From NCBI GenBank assembly GCA_951406725.2, contig OX597817.1, positions 104,470,001-104,534,000 on the forward strand: DNA of 64,000 nt, in the 5' to 3' direction. Origin of the DNA: Octopus vulgaris. Lineage: Eukaryota. The notes under the pieces were generated by a model. It worked only from the letters and a program-made list of their open reading frames with translations. It was not told the origin of the DNA and made no database searches. The translations under genes were made by a program, and so were the position numbers. Below, one piece after another: positions 24,135 to 37,384 of this stretch (positions are counted from its first letter, which is position 1; every line of letters starts with the position of its first letter).

Positions 24135-24959
24135 ATAGACTCAGGCCGACAAAAGCCTTGTGAGTGGATTTGTTAGATGGAAACTGAAAGAAGCCCGTCA
24201 TATATATATATATATATATTGGTACAGGATATCACCAACGGTTCAAGCATGAAATACATAAACAAGGAGAAAAAATGGAGAACTGGACAAGTAAACATAG
24301 CAAAAGGACCATTCATCAGTTATCAGCTGTCTATCTACTCCTCATTTTGATCATTCAGCGACAGTATGAGTCTTCAAAGACAGTTGCTCCCAGAAATTCT
24401 AAAATAAAATTTAGTATTTATGGAGGGTCAAATTTGGGAATAAAAACATGGCAGTGGTAACATACAAGGAAACCAAACAAAAACAAGTACGGAGGGTCAT
24501 TAGACCAGAACGAGAGGAAAATAGTGAATGCTGTGAGAAATATTTTTTTGAAAAGAGAAAAGATAGAAGAGAGAGAAAAGAAAATGTCTGCTCCTTTGAA
24601 TGTCTGTACAGGAAAAGAAAGATGGACTATGGTCACATGTGAGCAACAAGAGAGAGAGAAAGAGAAATAGGGGAGAGAGAGAAACAGATAGAAAACGATG
24701 AAGAAGGGAGGGGTAAAAAAGGGAATTAGAGAAGGATGGCGGAAAAAAACAGTATAGAGAAGAGTGTTTGACTCATAACTAAGCCCTGGGGCACTCAAGA
24801 ATTGATAGAGTGTGACTCATAGAGAGCTTCATTGGCGAGCACTGTACTGGTGTTGTCCAAATTTTAGTACCAGTCTCTTCTGGACTTTCTAAGCATGATT
24901 GACTGTATATCACTCTCCTCATATCAGTGAATATAATCTCAGTTGTTTATCATGTCTAA

Positions 24960-25720
24960 TAATTCATTTGATTCATGGAACCAATACAGTTTTGTGCAAG
25001 CCCTTAACCTAAGATGTAAGTTAAATAATTAAGAACAAATATCTTCCACTAAATAATCAGGACCAGAAGTCCTGATTATTTAGTGGGAACAAATAAGATT
25101 GGGAGCAATAGTGGCTAAGAGATGGTTCGACACTCTTCAAAACCTTGAAATTCCTGAAACACGTTCCAATACTGGATCAGTTTAAATTTCCTTAAGTTCC
25201 ATGCTGTCAGTCTTCTGCATGTGGAACAAGGTACTATATTCATTATAGTTTCAAGATACTATATAGATTCTGACGCTAGTATAACAATTTCCTTTCTCCC
25301 TGTATCCTTGTTTGTACAATATTGTAGGACTTGAAACTTCCCTGCATTGAATTTTATACTATTTTATTCAATTCATATCTAAACAGCACTGAGGTTGGCT
25401 TGTTTTCTACAGCTCAATGCCCTTCCTAACACTAACCACTTCACTGTATGTACCAGGTGCCCTTTACATGTAACAGGCATGAGTACCTTTTACTGGAGCC
25501 TGGTGCATCCCTCCAGCTTACCAGTTCCAGTCAGACCATGCCAGTATGGAAAACAGATGTTATATAATGATGACTGAAGTTCTTCTGTAGGCTTTTAATA
25601 TCTTCAGACCATTTTAATGCCTTTGATATCTTAGTATCATTGGTGTAGCTTTTGAAAATGGCTTCTTTCTCTTCAGTAACTATACAGTTCAGTAAAAAAT
25701 TGAGCTTGAAGGAGCCACTG
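24960..25720 (-). mobile_element. Decayed CR1-like LINE fragment interrupted by an RTE tail
   Basis: Minus frame has KSYTNDTKI (a decayed YADDTKI) and downstream CR1-like segments; boundaries approximate. Confidence 0.5.
25397..25572 (+). mobile_element. RTE 3' tail with an inverted 5' half
   Basis: 25397-~25490 is antisense and ~25493-25572 is sense to the RTE 3' UTR. Flanked by ACTGAGGTT/ACTGAAGTT. Confidence 0.65.
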
Positions 25721-25848
25721 TTCTTCAATGTTTCTCAAAACGTATGTGTGGAATAAATGTCAACACTTTCAAAGAGGACTATTAGTTAGATTAAATTTTA
25801 TTGTTTTGGTTTTTCTTTTTTTCTATTTAATTTCTGTTATTATTTCAG

Positions 25849-26024
25849 ATTATGATCTTCCTGCTAATGTCAACAGGAAAGCAATTTTTGCCAATAATGA
25901 AGTACAGCTTCAGGAAATTGAAGTTTATGGATTTGACTATGACTATACATTGGCATCTTACACACCAGAATTACATGATCTCATCTATGATTTGGGCAGA
26001 GATTCATTGGTCTATAATAGTAAG
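25849..26024 (+). CDS. NT5DC3: NT5DC3-like exon 2 (HAD motif I)
   Basis: ttcag…|gtaata; DYDLPANVNRKAIFANNEVQLQEIEVYGFDYDYTLASY…, containing the DxDxT motif of the cN-II/NT5DC family. Confidence 0.95.
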
Positions 26025-26419
26025 GTAATATATGCTTTATATATTTCACTAATCAACAGTGATTCATGTTATTCGCACCTGCCTGTATCATCATCATCAT
26101 CATCATCATTCATCATTGGATGTCCCTTTTTCCATTCTGGGTTAGGTTGGATGGTTTGACTTGAACAAATGAGCCAGAGGGTTGTGTTAAGTTCTTATGT
26201 CTGCCTTGGCATTGTTTCTACAGCTGGACGTCCTTCTTCATACCAGTCACTTCACAGAGTGTACAGGGTGCTTTTTCATGTGGTGCCAGCCCTGGTGAGG
26301 TCACCATGTACCTACAAGACAAAGCTCTTCAATTGAGCTGGGAATAGAATTATGGGATAAGAAACAGGGACAGGAGCAGATGTCTTGCTGAAGAGGTGTG
26401 TACAGGATTTGCCCACCTG

Positions 26420-26483
<64 letters not shown>

Positions 26484-27124
26484 TGTGAAGTCAAGGTAGA
26501 AGGTGAATATGAGAGACAGATAAGAGTTTCATGAGATGTATTTATAATTTCCTTTGGCTCTGTAGAATATTTCTTTTCTTTTTCTTTTTATTTCTTAACA
26601 TTAACTCACATGCATTGTATGAATTCTTCCGTCATTACTAAACATTTGGTTTATCAAATGAAATAACTTGAAGAGAACTAATATTCCTAATCTTCCTATC
26701 AATTTCCTAACAAAACTAATAGTCAATTAGTGTGAAAACAAGAATGTTGCTTCATATTAGAAAAGTACTTAATAGATATTTGAATTGTATTTTGAGGATG
26801 ATGATGTATATTATAAATTATTTGTGAATTCTTTCACAGATGATCATTTTGCTATATTTTCATGCCTGATATTTTATTTTATGGACACTGAAAGTTGCTA
26901 TTGAAATTCTTTATTATTCATCAATAATTTCCTTTTTGTTAGCACCAATTATTTCTGTTCAGTTATATGATCAGTTCAGTAAAATTCATAAAATCCATTA
27001 CCTAACATTTGCATTATCCATGTCTAAGTACAATATTATTTACTTACCGAGAATAAAATGCATACATATCCTGCTTATTCAATTTATCACACTAATGGGA
27101 AAAATTATGTTTCATGTTTTACAG

Positions 27125-27199
27125 TATCCTGAGGGCCTGCGTGAAATGAAATATGATCCTAACTTTGCTGTTCGTGGACTTCACTATGATGTCCGAAAA
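27125..27199 (+). CDS. NT5DC3: NT5DC3-like exon 3
   Basis: acag…|gtaagt; YPEGLREMKYDPNFAVRGLHYDVRK. Confidence 0.95.
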
Positions 27200-27603
27200 G
27201 TAAGTGCTATTTTTCTATTTAATGTTTATAGTATCTAGATTTTAGTAGTAGAATATCATATATTATTAGTCTTGCCTAATATTGAGTTTTTCAGGTGACA
27301 CATTACTCTATATAACATAGTGATTATATCAGTTATTTTATTTACTAATTTTAGTACCAAAAGTTATAATAGAATTTTAGCTGATTGGCTCTTAATTTTA
27401 GCTTTCTTCAGTGACCTTTGATTTTATATCTACTATACTTGCCACCATCCAATGATATTTTCTTATCCATTTCACTCATTTTTCAATAATACATAGCAAC
27501 GGATTGCATTAGGTAAGGTATATAACTAAAAACATTGATTAGAAGTGATAACAGATTCATAAAAAAAAAGATATAAAAAAAGACACAAAGATAAAAAAAA
27601 AAG

Positions 27604-27762
27604 GGTGCAAACATAGCTGTATGGTAAAAAGCTTGATTTCCAACCACACGGCTCTAAGTTCAGTCCCACTGCATGACACCTTGAACAAGTATCTTCTACT
27701 ATAGCCTCAAGTTGAACAAAATTTTATGAGTGGATTTGGTGGACAGTTACTGAAAGAAGCCC

Positions 27763-27798
<36 letters not shown>

Positions 27799-28020
27799 AG
27801 TGTCTTTGTGTCTGTGTTTGTCTCCCACCACAACTTGACAACTGGTATTGGTGTGTTTATGTCTTCATAACTTAGCTGTTCAACAAAAGAAACCGATAGA
27901 ATAAGTACTGTAGTTGGTTCATTAAAAAAAAATGAAGTTCTGGAGTCAATTCATTTGACTAAAAGTTCTTCAAAGCAGTGCCCCAGCATGGCCACAGTCT
28001 AATAACAAACAAGTAAAAGA
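27604..28020 (+). mobile_element. tRNA/CORE-type SINE, full length
   Basis: Head, core, (TG)n middle and 3' tail as in 43152-43588. Confidence 0.8.
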
Positions 28021-28090
28021 TGAAGATTGTATAAGGATAAGAATAGTATCAAGATGAATGATTATAATATTTCTACATTTTAATTTTCAG

Positions 28091-28146
28091 GGTCTCTTAA
28101 TGAAAATTGATTCTTTCCATCATATTATGTTGGGAACTGTCTACAG
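28091..28146 (+). CDS. NT5DC3: NT5DC3-like exon 4
   Basis: ttcag…AG|gtatgt; GLLMKIDSFHHIMLGTVYR. Confidence 0.95.
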
Positions 28147-28818
28147 GTATGTTATGTTTTCAAGTTGCTAATACTTTACTGGTTAAATGTCAAAATATTT
28201 GAGAAGAGTCATTTTTAATAAGATCGCAATTTTTGGAGCCTAAAAGATGAAACAACTCTTTCTCTTTATATATTTACACACACATTATGTTTCTATCAGT
28301 TTAATCTCTGATTACCATCAGATGTCTTATTTCTGGATTATATCTTGACAACTTTATTTCTAAACATGTTTCAGTAACATAGTAGACAAGAGTGTTATAA
28401 CCTTTAGTTTAGAAATAAAGGTGGAATCTTGCTCAGTAGGAGTTCTAACAGAGCCATCTTGGATAAAGAATAATGAGTAAGTAGGAGAATTCTGCAAAGT
28501 TACTGTATCCTCTCTTGACAAGTGAACAACCAGCTGCAATTTGGGATGCAGCAAAGCTTTCAGGCTGTGCAATGAACCTTTTAAATTTCTGATGGGTTTC
28601 TTACTAGCATAGTGATGGTGGTAGCAGTCTACCAATTGTAGTAGTAACAGTGGTAGTAAGTGACTTTCTCTAGGTGTTTTAAGTAGTGCTCTTCACCTGT
28701 ATTACAGTATTTTCAGTGGGGTAGATGAAGAGAAAACTGTAACTCATAGATATTAATATCCACTATATTAATCTCTGTAAGTAACCCAGCTAGAAAACAA
28801 TGGCCCTGGGTGAAACAC

Positions 28819-30520
28819 TTAAAATCCTGTTCTCACTAGGGTATTTGTCACAAACTGTGGCTTCCATCAGTGATGGTTCAAAGAAAGGTAGATGAGAAGA
28901 TATATGCTATGTGCAAGAAGTTAGATAGAAAGGAGCTTCATCCAAATTCCTTGCAGGCAAGAAAAAAAGGTACAAATTCTTCTTGGTGGGTAACAATGAT
29001 GGGGTAGGCAAAATAGACATTGTTTTTAGAAAATAAATACCTATGGCAATTGAAATTATTAGACTGTATGTTACAATTATGAAGCTTAGACTAGTCTGCT
29101 CAGTACAAAAATGAGATAAGACTCATGAACAGAAGGACCACTTGTATGAGACCATTCTGCTGATTGCTTCCAAAACAAATGACAGCAACCTCAGTATTGC
29201 TGCTGACAAATTTAAGAGAAATGTTGACCATCATAAAAGCTTCTTGGCATACATGAAGGATATGGAATGAAGAGGGATCAAAACTCCCAGAGTTCTGTGA
29301 TATAGAAGGTCTAACCATATGCAACACTAACTTCAGGAAGCTGGCAGCTGCCTGATACTTACCAGTCAAGTAAGTACAGAAGCCAGATAGTCTTCTTACT
29401 CACCTGGAAAAGGAATGGATAGATGGTTGTGAATATTAGATGTTTCCCTAATGAAGAGTGTATTACCTAACATAGATTAATGATTAGTGACTTCAGAGTA
29501 AGAGGTAGACAAACTCAGAGACCAAAACAAATGGTAGAAGGAAGACATGGAAGTAGAAAAAGCAGTAGGTTTAGAGGTGTATTTATTATCACATACAACA
29601 AGAAAGAACTGGAGACAGAAACTTTAATGGAAGACGATTGGGAGTTCCTGTGTATCAACTAACTAGATCTGTGGCTGCTGGACTAGAAGGTTGAGTGAAC
29701 ATACAGAATCTCCCCAAACTTACTATTTTCTCATATTAATTAACAATGTTAGGTTGTTAATGTCCTAAGAAGCTTTGTATTTGTCACCTGCATAAAATCA
29801 CTCAAAGACACATTCAAATTCTTAGCTCATAGTTCACTCTCTCCTCTCTACCTTTTCTTCCAGTGCTGTATTGGCCTCTACTCCTTGGAAATGACTGGAC
29901 TCATCTTTCCTCCACCTTTCATCAACTTTTGTTATATCTAGTCCTCCAGGCCCTACACTAATTTCCAGATATTCAAACTCCCTGGAATTCCCTCCTTGCT
30001 CCATACCTTTCCCACAGGTGTTGACATGCAAAAGTTTGAGACTATCAATGATTAATATCACTGTTCTAAGAGGGCCTTTGAAGCTCATGAACATTTTCCC
30101 TTCCCTCAGATCCCATAAGAAAAAGGAAAAGCAAATGCTCATGACACCTCATCCTACAATTCTTAACTTTAGGGAAATTTCTCCTTGAAGTAGGATTCAG
30201 GATTCCAGAGGGAAATTTGAGGATTCATGTAGGGGAGATTGTTTTTAAACCAAAATATTTTTTTGTCATTTTTTTCACTCTTTTTGCTTGATTTTTGCCT
30301 ACCACCATCATTGTTACCCTCCACGAAGAACTTGTAACTTCGTTTTTTATCTGTGAAGAATATGGCTGAGGCTCCTTTCCAGCTTACTTCTACATACAGC
30401 ACGTAACTTCTTACTTTCATTTCAGCATCTCCTCAATCTGTCCTCACCTATCTTTCTTTGTACCATCACTGATGGTAGCTACAGTTTGTGATAAATATCC
30501 TAGTGAGTACAGGATTTTAA
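28819..30520. mobile_element. ~1.7-kb segment bounded by ~80-bp imperfect inverted repeats beginning TTAA, containing decayed LINE-like sequence
   Basis: 28819-28900 is the reverse complement of about 30440-30520; the internal 29830-30060 resembles a LINE C-terminus (WNSL-like). Confidence 0.5.
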
Positions 30521-31679
30521 TTAATGTTGATTTTTAAGTATGCTAATGTTATGCAATGAATTGTACTGTATTCAGAATCACTCTTCCCTTGTATGTGGGG
30601 GAAATTAGGATGGTAGAGTGGTAACAAGGAGAAATGGTTATGAAACACTGATCTAGTCAAAGTGCAATATTCCAAAGTTCGCAGTAGATTTCAGCTGACT
30701 TGAATCCACAACTAAAATGGTAATATTGTTATTTACAGCATCATTTATATACAAGCTATAATCTTAGAGAAGAGCTCCAATCTCTCTCTCTCTTTCTTCC
30801 CCACTCACTCCAGTCATCAACATGCAGTTTATCAAGACATGCATCAACTTCCTCACCTCTTTCGGAGGGCCTGTGAAAACTATGGGCACATCACCTTCCT
30901 ATCTTCCTCTAGACCAGTGTTTCTCAAAGAAGATTCAATCTGCAAGATAAAATGTCTTTTAATCAAATTTAATAAAGTAATAAATTATAATTTTTTTTTT
31001 TTTTTGATGAGTAAATTTCTCTGTTTAAAATATTTTTTATTTAGTTTAATTATTATCTGTTAAAATTAAGGTGATAAGGGTTGTCTATAAAATATAGATA
31101 TGAGTTCTGCAATTTTTGGAAAATTCTATAGTGGATGCTATGTCAAAATAAGTTTGAAAACCTTACACATAACCAATCTTGAGTTAAAAAAATTGTAAGT
31201 GTCATTTATTTTTATTGCATCAGACCTTTGTTCTGTCTTCTGGTGTCAGCATTTCTTATAAAATTATTCTACTTCTATATTGATACAATGTGAAAAGGAA
31301 TTGAGTTTTTTATTTGATATTAACAAAAGAATTATCTCTAGGATAAGCATATACAACAAGGTTTTAAATTTTAATGAGATTACTGTTGTTGTTTAGCCTC
31401 TTCTTAACCTTTGTCAGGCAAATGTATGGTCTAATATAGTCCAGCCATGACATCACATTTTTTTAAAGACAGTATATCCAGGACTACATTATCCTTTTGC
31501 CATTTTTGAAACAAGAAGGTGTAATTTGAGGAAAATCTTGCCTTTATTTTTAGCAGCTTGAGCAGCCCTGTAGAAGGTCCTTCAAGGACATTTAATTACA
31601 GCTGTTGTTATTGGTGATATTGTTTATGTTAGTCCTACCCTAAATACATGTTCTTTTATGTTCATATTCTATTTTACAG

Positions 31680-31770
31680 AGGTCTGAGGCCAGTTGTTGA
31701 TGAGGAAGTGAAGGAGCTATATGATGGCACACATGTACCGCTGGAGAGTATGAATACTTTCTATGGAACT
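31680..31770 (+). CDS. NT5DC3: NT5DC3-like exon 5
   Basis: tacag…|gtaagt; GLRPVVDEEVKELYDGTHVPLESMNTFYGT. Confidence 0.95.
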
Positions 31771-32598
31771 GTAAGTCATTCAGATAAAAACCTTAATTTC
31801 AATGACTTTCTTATTGCTTAGAGTCCTATAAGACACTGAATAAATTATTTTACATAAGAAACCTCTTTGATTTGATTTATGATACAGACTTTAAAAAAAC
31901 TCAGTTTCATTACCCATCAAGTCGAATATGCAGGGTGCAAGTATGGCTGTGTGGTAAAACAGTTCACTTCACAATCACATGGTTTTTTTTGTTCTTTACC
32001 ACTGTGCCACACCTTTGGCAAGTGTCTTCCTCCATGGTTTTGAGTCGATCACTATCTGTGAGTGGAATTTGGTAGGCAGAATCAACTGTACAGAAACCTG
32101 TTACATGTGTGTTTGTGTGTGTGTGTGTGTGTATGCATGCACATGTGTATGCATGCCTGTGCTTGTACATGTGTCTCTATGTTTGTGTATCTTTCACCAA
32201 TCTACATTGATGAACGATATAAACTCTAGCAAGAAACAATAGAAAGCTGATGCATTTGGAATGAAGTACCCTGGGATACACCAAGTTACAAGTACTCCTT
32301 GTCATTCTAGTCACCAGAAATGTAGTGAATCAGCAATTAGTCCCTTGGAAGCCTGTAACCAACAACATTATTGTTTACAAACTGTGATATAAAATAAATA
32401 GGTTGATGTGTTTTTTACATTTGTTGAAGAATAGTCTTATTTAATTCTGATCAGGCAGACTATAGCTAATTAAATGCTTAACAGTGACCCATTAACTTGA
32501 CATACCCAGTATTAAACCTGGTGTCATTTTAGTATTCAGCTAGCCCTTATCTATTTTAGGCTAGTTCTCTTAAGATATACAATTTAGAACTACTACTA

Positions 32599-32630
<32 letters not shown>

Positions 32631-32660
32631 GCTACTGCTGCTGCTACTACTACTACTACT

Positions 32661-35600
32661 CTGTTTCCATTTTTTGCTGAGTGTCTTCATGACACCTAGG
32701 GCAGAGAAATGCACTATACATTGGTAGACCATTAAAATAAACACACCAATTGTTCATTTACAAAGTCATGTGATAGAGAAAAAGGGAAAGAATGACAGAG
32801 AGAAAATAAAAAATAAAACAGTAAACAAAGAAAATAAAGGGGGAAAAAGAAAAGGAAATTCACAGCGACAATGCTCTTCTCAGTACATGTGAAGTATCAG
32901 TTAAGACAATCTTTTGCACTTCCTGCATGGATGGTAAGCCAGGGTTCATTTTAAATAATTTTCAGTTCCTTTTTTGATCATTTCAAGTGCTCCTACAATC
33001 ACTGGTATTGTAACTATTTTGAGATGCCACATCTTTTCCATTTCAATTACCAAATCTTTATATTTTCTGAGCTTATTAAATTGCCAATATATTATGGTCA
33101 CAGGGTATGCTCCTGTCAATCAATAGATATTTACTATATTATTTTGGTCTTTCACAACCATATCTGGTTTATTTGCTTTGATGGTACAGTCTGTACATAC
33201 TGGAAAGCCCCAAAGAATCATTACATTTTCTACTTCAGTTACAGCCTCATGGTGATGCTTGTACCATTTGTCAGCAGTTTTGATTTTGTAATGCTGACAC
33301 ATTATCCAATGTAGATATTGGCCAACTCTGTCATGTCTTGATTTATATTCTACTAGTGCTAAAATCTTGCACTCAGAGATTAGGTGGTCCATTGTTTCAA
33401 TCTCATCATTGCAGTATTGGCACTTTGAATTTACAACATTTTTCATCACATTGGCTCGATAGTTCTGGGTCAGTAAGCTCTGTTCTTGAGTAGCCAAGAT
33501 AAAGCCTTCACTCTCTGCCTTTAGCCTTGAGCTCCATAGCCACTGATGGGTGTGCTTCTGTTCTATATCACCTTATTTGCTACAGGTCACATATTTGCCA
33601 TGCAGAGGTTTTTGTTCCCACCTATCAGTCAATTGTTCAAACATATTTTGTTTTGTTATTGATTTCACTTTCTTTGCGACTACAGTTGCACTTCCATCAT
33701 GCTGTTCAACCTGAGTATTATGCATAAACTCACTTGAAAAGTTTTTGCTCTCCTTCGTAACAGAATGAAGTTTTTTACATCTTTCATGGTTTTCAATGAG
33801 TCTTAGCATCCAGTCGTTAGATGTTTCAAGATATTTTGCCAGGCCAATTGTGTGGTTTTGTAAGAGATTTCAAATCGGATCAAGCCTCAGCTTCCTTAAG
33901 CTCTAGGTAGGTAAAAATAATCTATGTCTGGGTGGTGCATCTTATTGCAAGTCAACAGCTTACGGATCTTTTGTCAATCTTCCTTATTTCACTCATATTC
34001 CAGTTCAACACATTGAAACTAAATATTAACCAGAACTGCTAAGGAATTTATAGCCAATACCTTGTTATATGCATTTAACTCGGATTTTAGGACTGCTTGA
34101 ACTCTCCTGTAACATTCTTGCCTGATTTCTTTCATACTTGCATGTTGAATGCCAGAGTTCTCATTTATTCCGAGGTATTTGTTAGTTTGTTCCTGCTCGA
34201 ATTCTTTTATGACTGTGTCAACATCCAACACCACTGAATGTGAGGTCTTCAATTTCCCTTTCTGGAAAGTGGCCTTGGCACATTTATCAAGACCAAATTC
34301 CATTCCGATGTCATCACTGAATACTTTCACAGTACATAGTAGTCCTTCAAGCTCGTTATCATCTTTGCCATAAAGTTTTAAGTCATCCATATAAAATAGA
34401 TGACTTATTTTTTTGTTGCCAATTTTATATCCATACCCTATTCTGTTAAGGTCACTTGTAAGGGGTATCAGGGCTAAGCAAAAAATTGAAGGTGAAAGTG
34501 AGTTACCTTAGAAAATGCTGCAATTGATATTAATATTTTTTGTGGTCAGTACTCCATTAGAGATGTATAACTGGAGATTTGTATTCCACATTGACATGTG
34601 CTTCAGGAAGTTTGAAATCACAGGAGAAATTTTGAAGATATCCTGCAATTTCAAGATCCATGAATGCTGTGTGCTGTCAAAGGCCTTTTTATAATCAATC
34701 TATGCGGAACTGAGATTTCTGCATTTGCTATGATAGTTCTGAAGAATCATGCAATTGATTAAGAGTTGGTCTTTGCATCCATAAGAACTTCATCAGCACC
34801 CTTTTTGTTCACTGGGAAAATGTTGTTCTGTTCCATAAATTTGTATATTTTCTCCATGAGGATGGATGTTAAAGTTTTATACATGGTAAATAGACATGTT
34901 ACAGGCCAATAGTTTTGGGGAAAATTGGTTTCATTATTCTTCAGGAATACTTAAGTAATACCTCTTGCTAACCAATCAGGTGTTTTTGTAAGATCTCTCA
35001 TAATTTCATTGACTAAATGGATTAACTTCTCATGTGTGCACAGGAGCAATGCAAGCCAAAAATTTGGCACCCTATCATTACCAGAGGATTTCCACTTATG
35101 AGCCTTCATGTGTGTCATCCTTAGGTCTGCTATTGTGATGTCTTCCTATGCTTGTTTTGGTAAATTTTGGTAGGACCCTTCTGTGTATCTAATCCAGCCT
35201 GCATTTTCATTGTATGTTTTCATCACTCCAGATATTTTTCCAAAAGTTTTCAACTTCTTCCATGGGAGTGGGGTCTTCAGTGGTTGTTTTCTCCTTCCCT
35301 AGTTCTCTGTAGAATGTTTTCACATTGGATGTGAACAGCTTATTTTGCTTGTAAAACTTGTTTCTCTACTCAAATCCTCGTATTCTTTGCATGGAGTGTT
35401 TCTTTTGCTAAAAGCAGTTCTTTTCTTGGTGAGATGGCCTGCCTAATGCATATTGATCGGTGTATATTACTTCTGTATACTTCCGTTTCGCGACCGTTGC
35501 CAGCACCGCCCCGTTTCGTGTCCGTTGCCAGCCTCGCCTGGCCCTCGTGCCGGTGGCACATAAAAAGCACCATCCGTTCGTGGCCGTTTGCCAGCTCTGT

Positions 35601-36107
35601 CTGGCACCAGTGCGGGTGGCACGTAAAAAGCACCCACTACACTCACGGAGTGGTTGGCGTTAGGAAGGGCATCCAGCCGTAGAAACACTGCCAGATTTGA
35701 CTGGGCCTGATGAAGCCTTCTGGCTTCACAGACCCCAGCAGAACCGTCCAACCCATGCTAGCATGGAAAACGGACGCTAAATGATGATGATGATGATGAT
35801 GATACTCTTCTTGGGTCCATTTGATCTTCTTCATTTTTCTTTCCGTGGTGGGTATGGTGATGAACTTGGAGGGCTCAAGTTGGGGCAGTTCCCATTCAAG
35901 TGACCATCCAGGTTCGTATTCTGAGAAGAGTTTGTGCCAGTGGATGACTTTTCAACCTCAGGCTGGCTCTCTCCTGGGGGACACTCTTCCAGATTAACCA
36001 TAGGGCAAGCAATAGTTTTCCTCTTTGTTTCATAAGACATATTTGTGCTACATTAAAATTATTAGTATTGATCCCTGTGACAGTTGTAGAGACTGTTCTT
36101 GTGTATG
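32661..36107 (-). mobile_element. R4/Dong-like (RLE-type) non-LTR retrotransposon, decayed, near full length
   Basis: NYWPVTCL, QGNSLSPSIF, YMDDLKLY (RT); CQYCNDEIETMDHLISEC (CCHC); YKSRHDRV and NKPDMVVKD (RLE). Flanked by (CTA)n and (CTA)/(TAT)n runs. Confidence 0.88.
35431..35803 (+). mobile_element. RTE 3' UTR/tail inserted in the Dong-like element
   Basis: GTGCCGGTGGCACATAAAAAGCACC units, GAGTGGTTGGCGTTAGGAAGGGCATCCAGCCG, and a (GAT)n end; CpGs retained, suggesting a young copy. Confidence 0.85.
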
Positions 36108-36142
36108 CTACTAATACTACTATTATTATTATTATTATTATT

Positions 36143-36308
36143 GAGTGAGAGAGCAGTGCATGCCGTCAAAGTGACACTGGGGTAAAATATATGAAGCCCA
36201 GTATATCCATCATGACTACCAGTCTGATAAGGGTTCACCAGGCACATGCATCACAACCATATGTGCGCGATATGGTGATCTCATATCAAGATAAACAGCA
36301 CATGACCT
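36143..36308 (-). repeat. 3' module of the 60618-61072 repeat family, with a (TAA)n tail
   Basis: Reverse complement of 60905-61072; abuts (TAT)n. Confidence 0.8.
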
Positions 36309-36638
36309 ACAACTACTACTACTAATATTATTAGTATTAGTATTATTATTTCTTTTTACCTCTACTTTTCTTTGCTGGTCAAGTCTATTCATTACTTACT
36401 ACACTCCTTCATCATATCTTTTTGAGCTCAGCATTCAGAGATCACTTCATTTATGAATTATCATCCAGCCTATACCAATCATTAATTTTTTCTTTTGTTT
36501 CCTTGTTTTCATTTCACTAATATGTAAGTAAACCCTGAGAAAAATGGAATATCAAATTTTAAAAATATATAATTAAAATCTTTGTTGACATTTTATGTAC
36601 TTTATAATGATTATCCTGAATTTCTTTTGTTTTATCAG

Positions 36639-36707
36639 GGTTTAATGCATCAATTGATGGATCTGTTTGCCCTTCCAGAAATTACGCTGTTAGCAAATGT
36701 TACTGAG
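36639..36707 (+). CDS. NT5DC3: NT5DC3-like exon 6
   Basis: atcag…|gtaaaa; GLMHQLMDLFALPEITLLANVTE. Confidence 0.93.
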
Positions 36708-37384
36708 GTAAAAGTCTTTTAATGCTTGTTAATATATTATTATCTTGTTTGTGTTCTTGTGGTGGTTCAGTTGGTAAAGCGTAGTAACCCTTATCCTTAT
36801 GTTGGTGGCTCAAATCCATCCCACACTAACCAAATTAGCTAGTATTCTGCTGCAGTCACTTTACCTTTCATTCTTTCGAGGTCAATAAAATAAGTACCAG
36901 TTGAACACTGGAGTTGATGTAACCGACTTACCCCTCCCCCCAAATTACTGGCCTTGTGCCAAAAATTGAAATCAATATATTATTACCTTGTTCAAAATTA
37001 CCTTGAATTAGTTCCCTGTATGCTAAATGACACAATATATAAACAAAGTCTTTGTTAATAAGTTACACTATATTACATATTATTATTACTTTATTACTGT
37101 ACTAAATACTTATTACAGTTGTAAATTAATTTCCCAGAAATTCTGAATAATGGAAAATGTATTTCAAATTACATTCCCCAGTGTAGTGATTTGACAGAAA
37201 TGGTAAAGTTTTACACATGTGTTCAAATTGTGCCAGTGTTTGCCTTGCATTTCACCCCTTTGTAGTGTATAAAAAAAGTACTTGTGATATACCAGGGTTG
37301 ATTTACCTCTTATCTACAAAAATTGACTTTGTGTTGCAAAGGAAAAAATCCATATTGTACTTCTAAAGTATTGCATAACTGAGG

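Noticed and set aside
26025-26159. ORF extensions beyond NT5DC3 exons (e.g. 25728-26159, 26936-27238, 61793-62032)
   Set aside because: Intronic read-through; homology stops at canonical splice sites.
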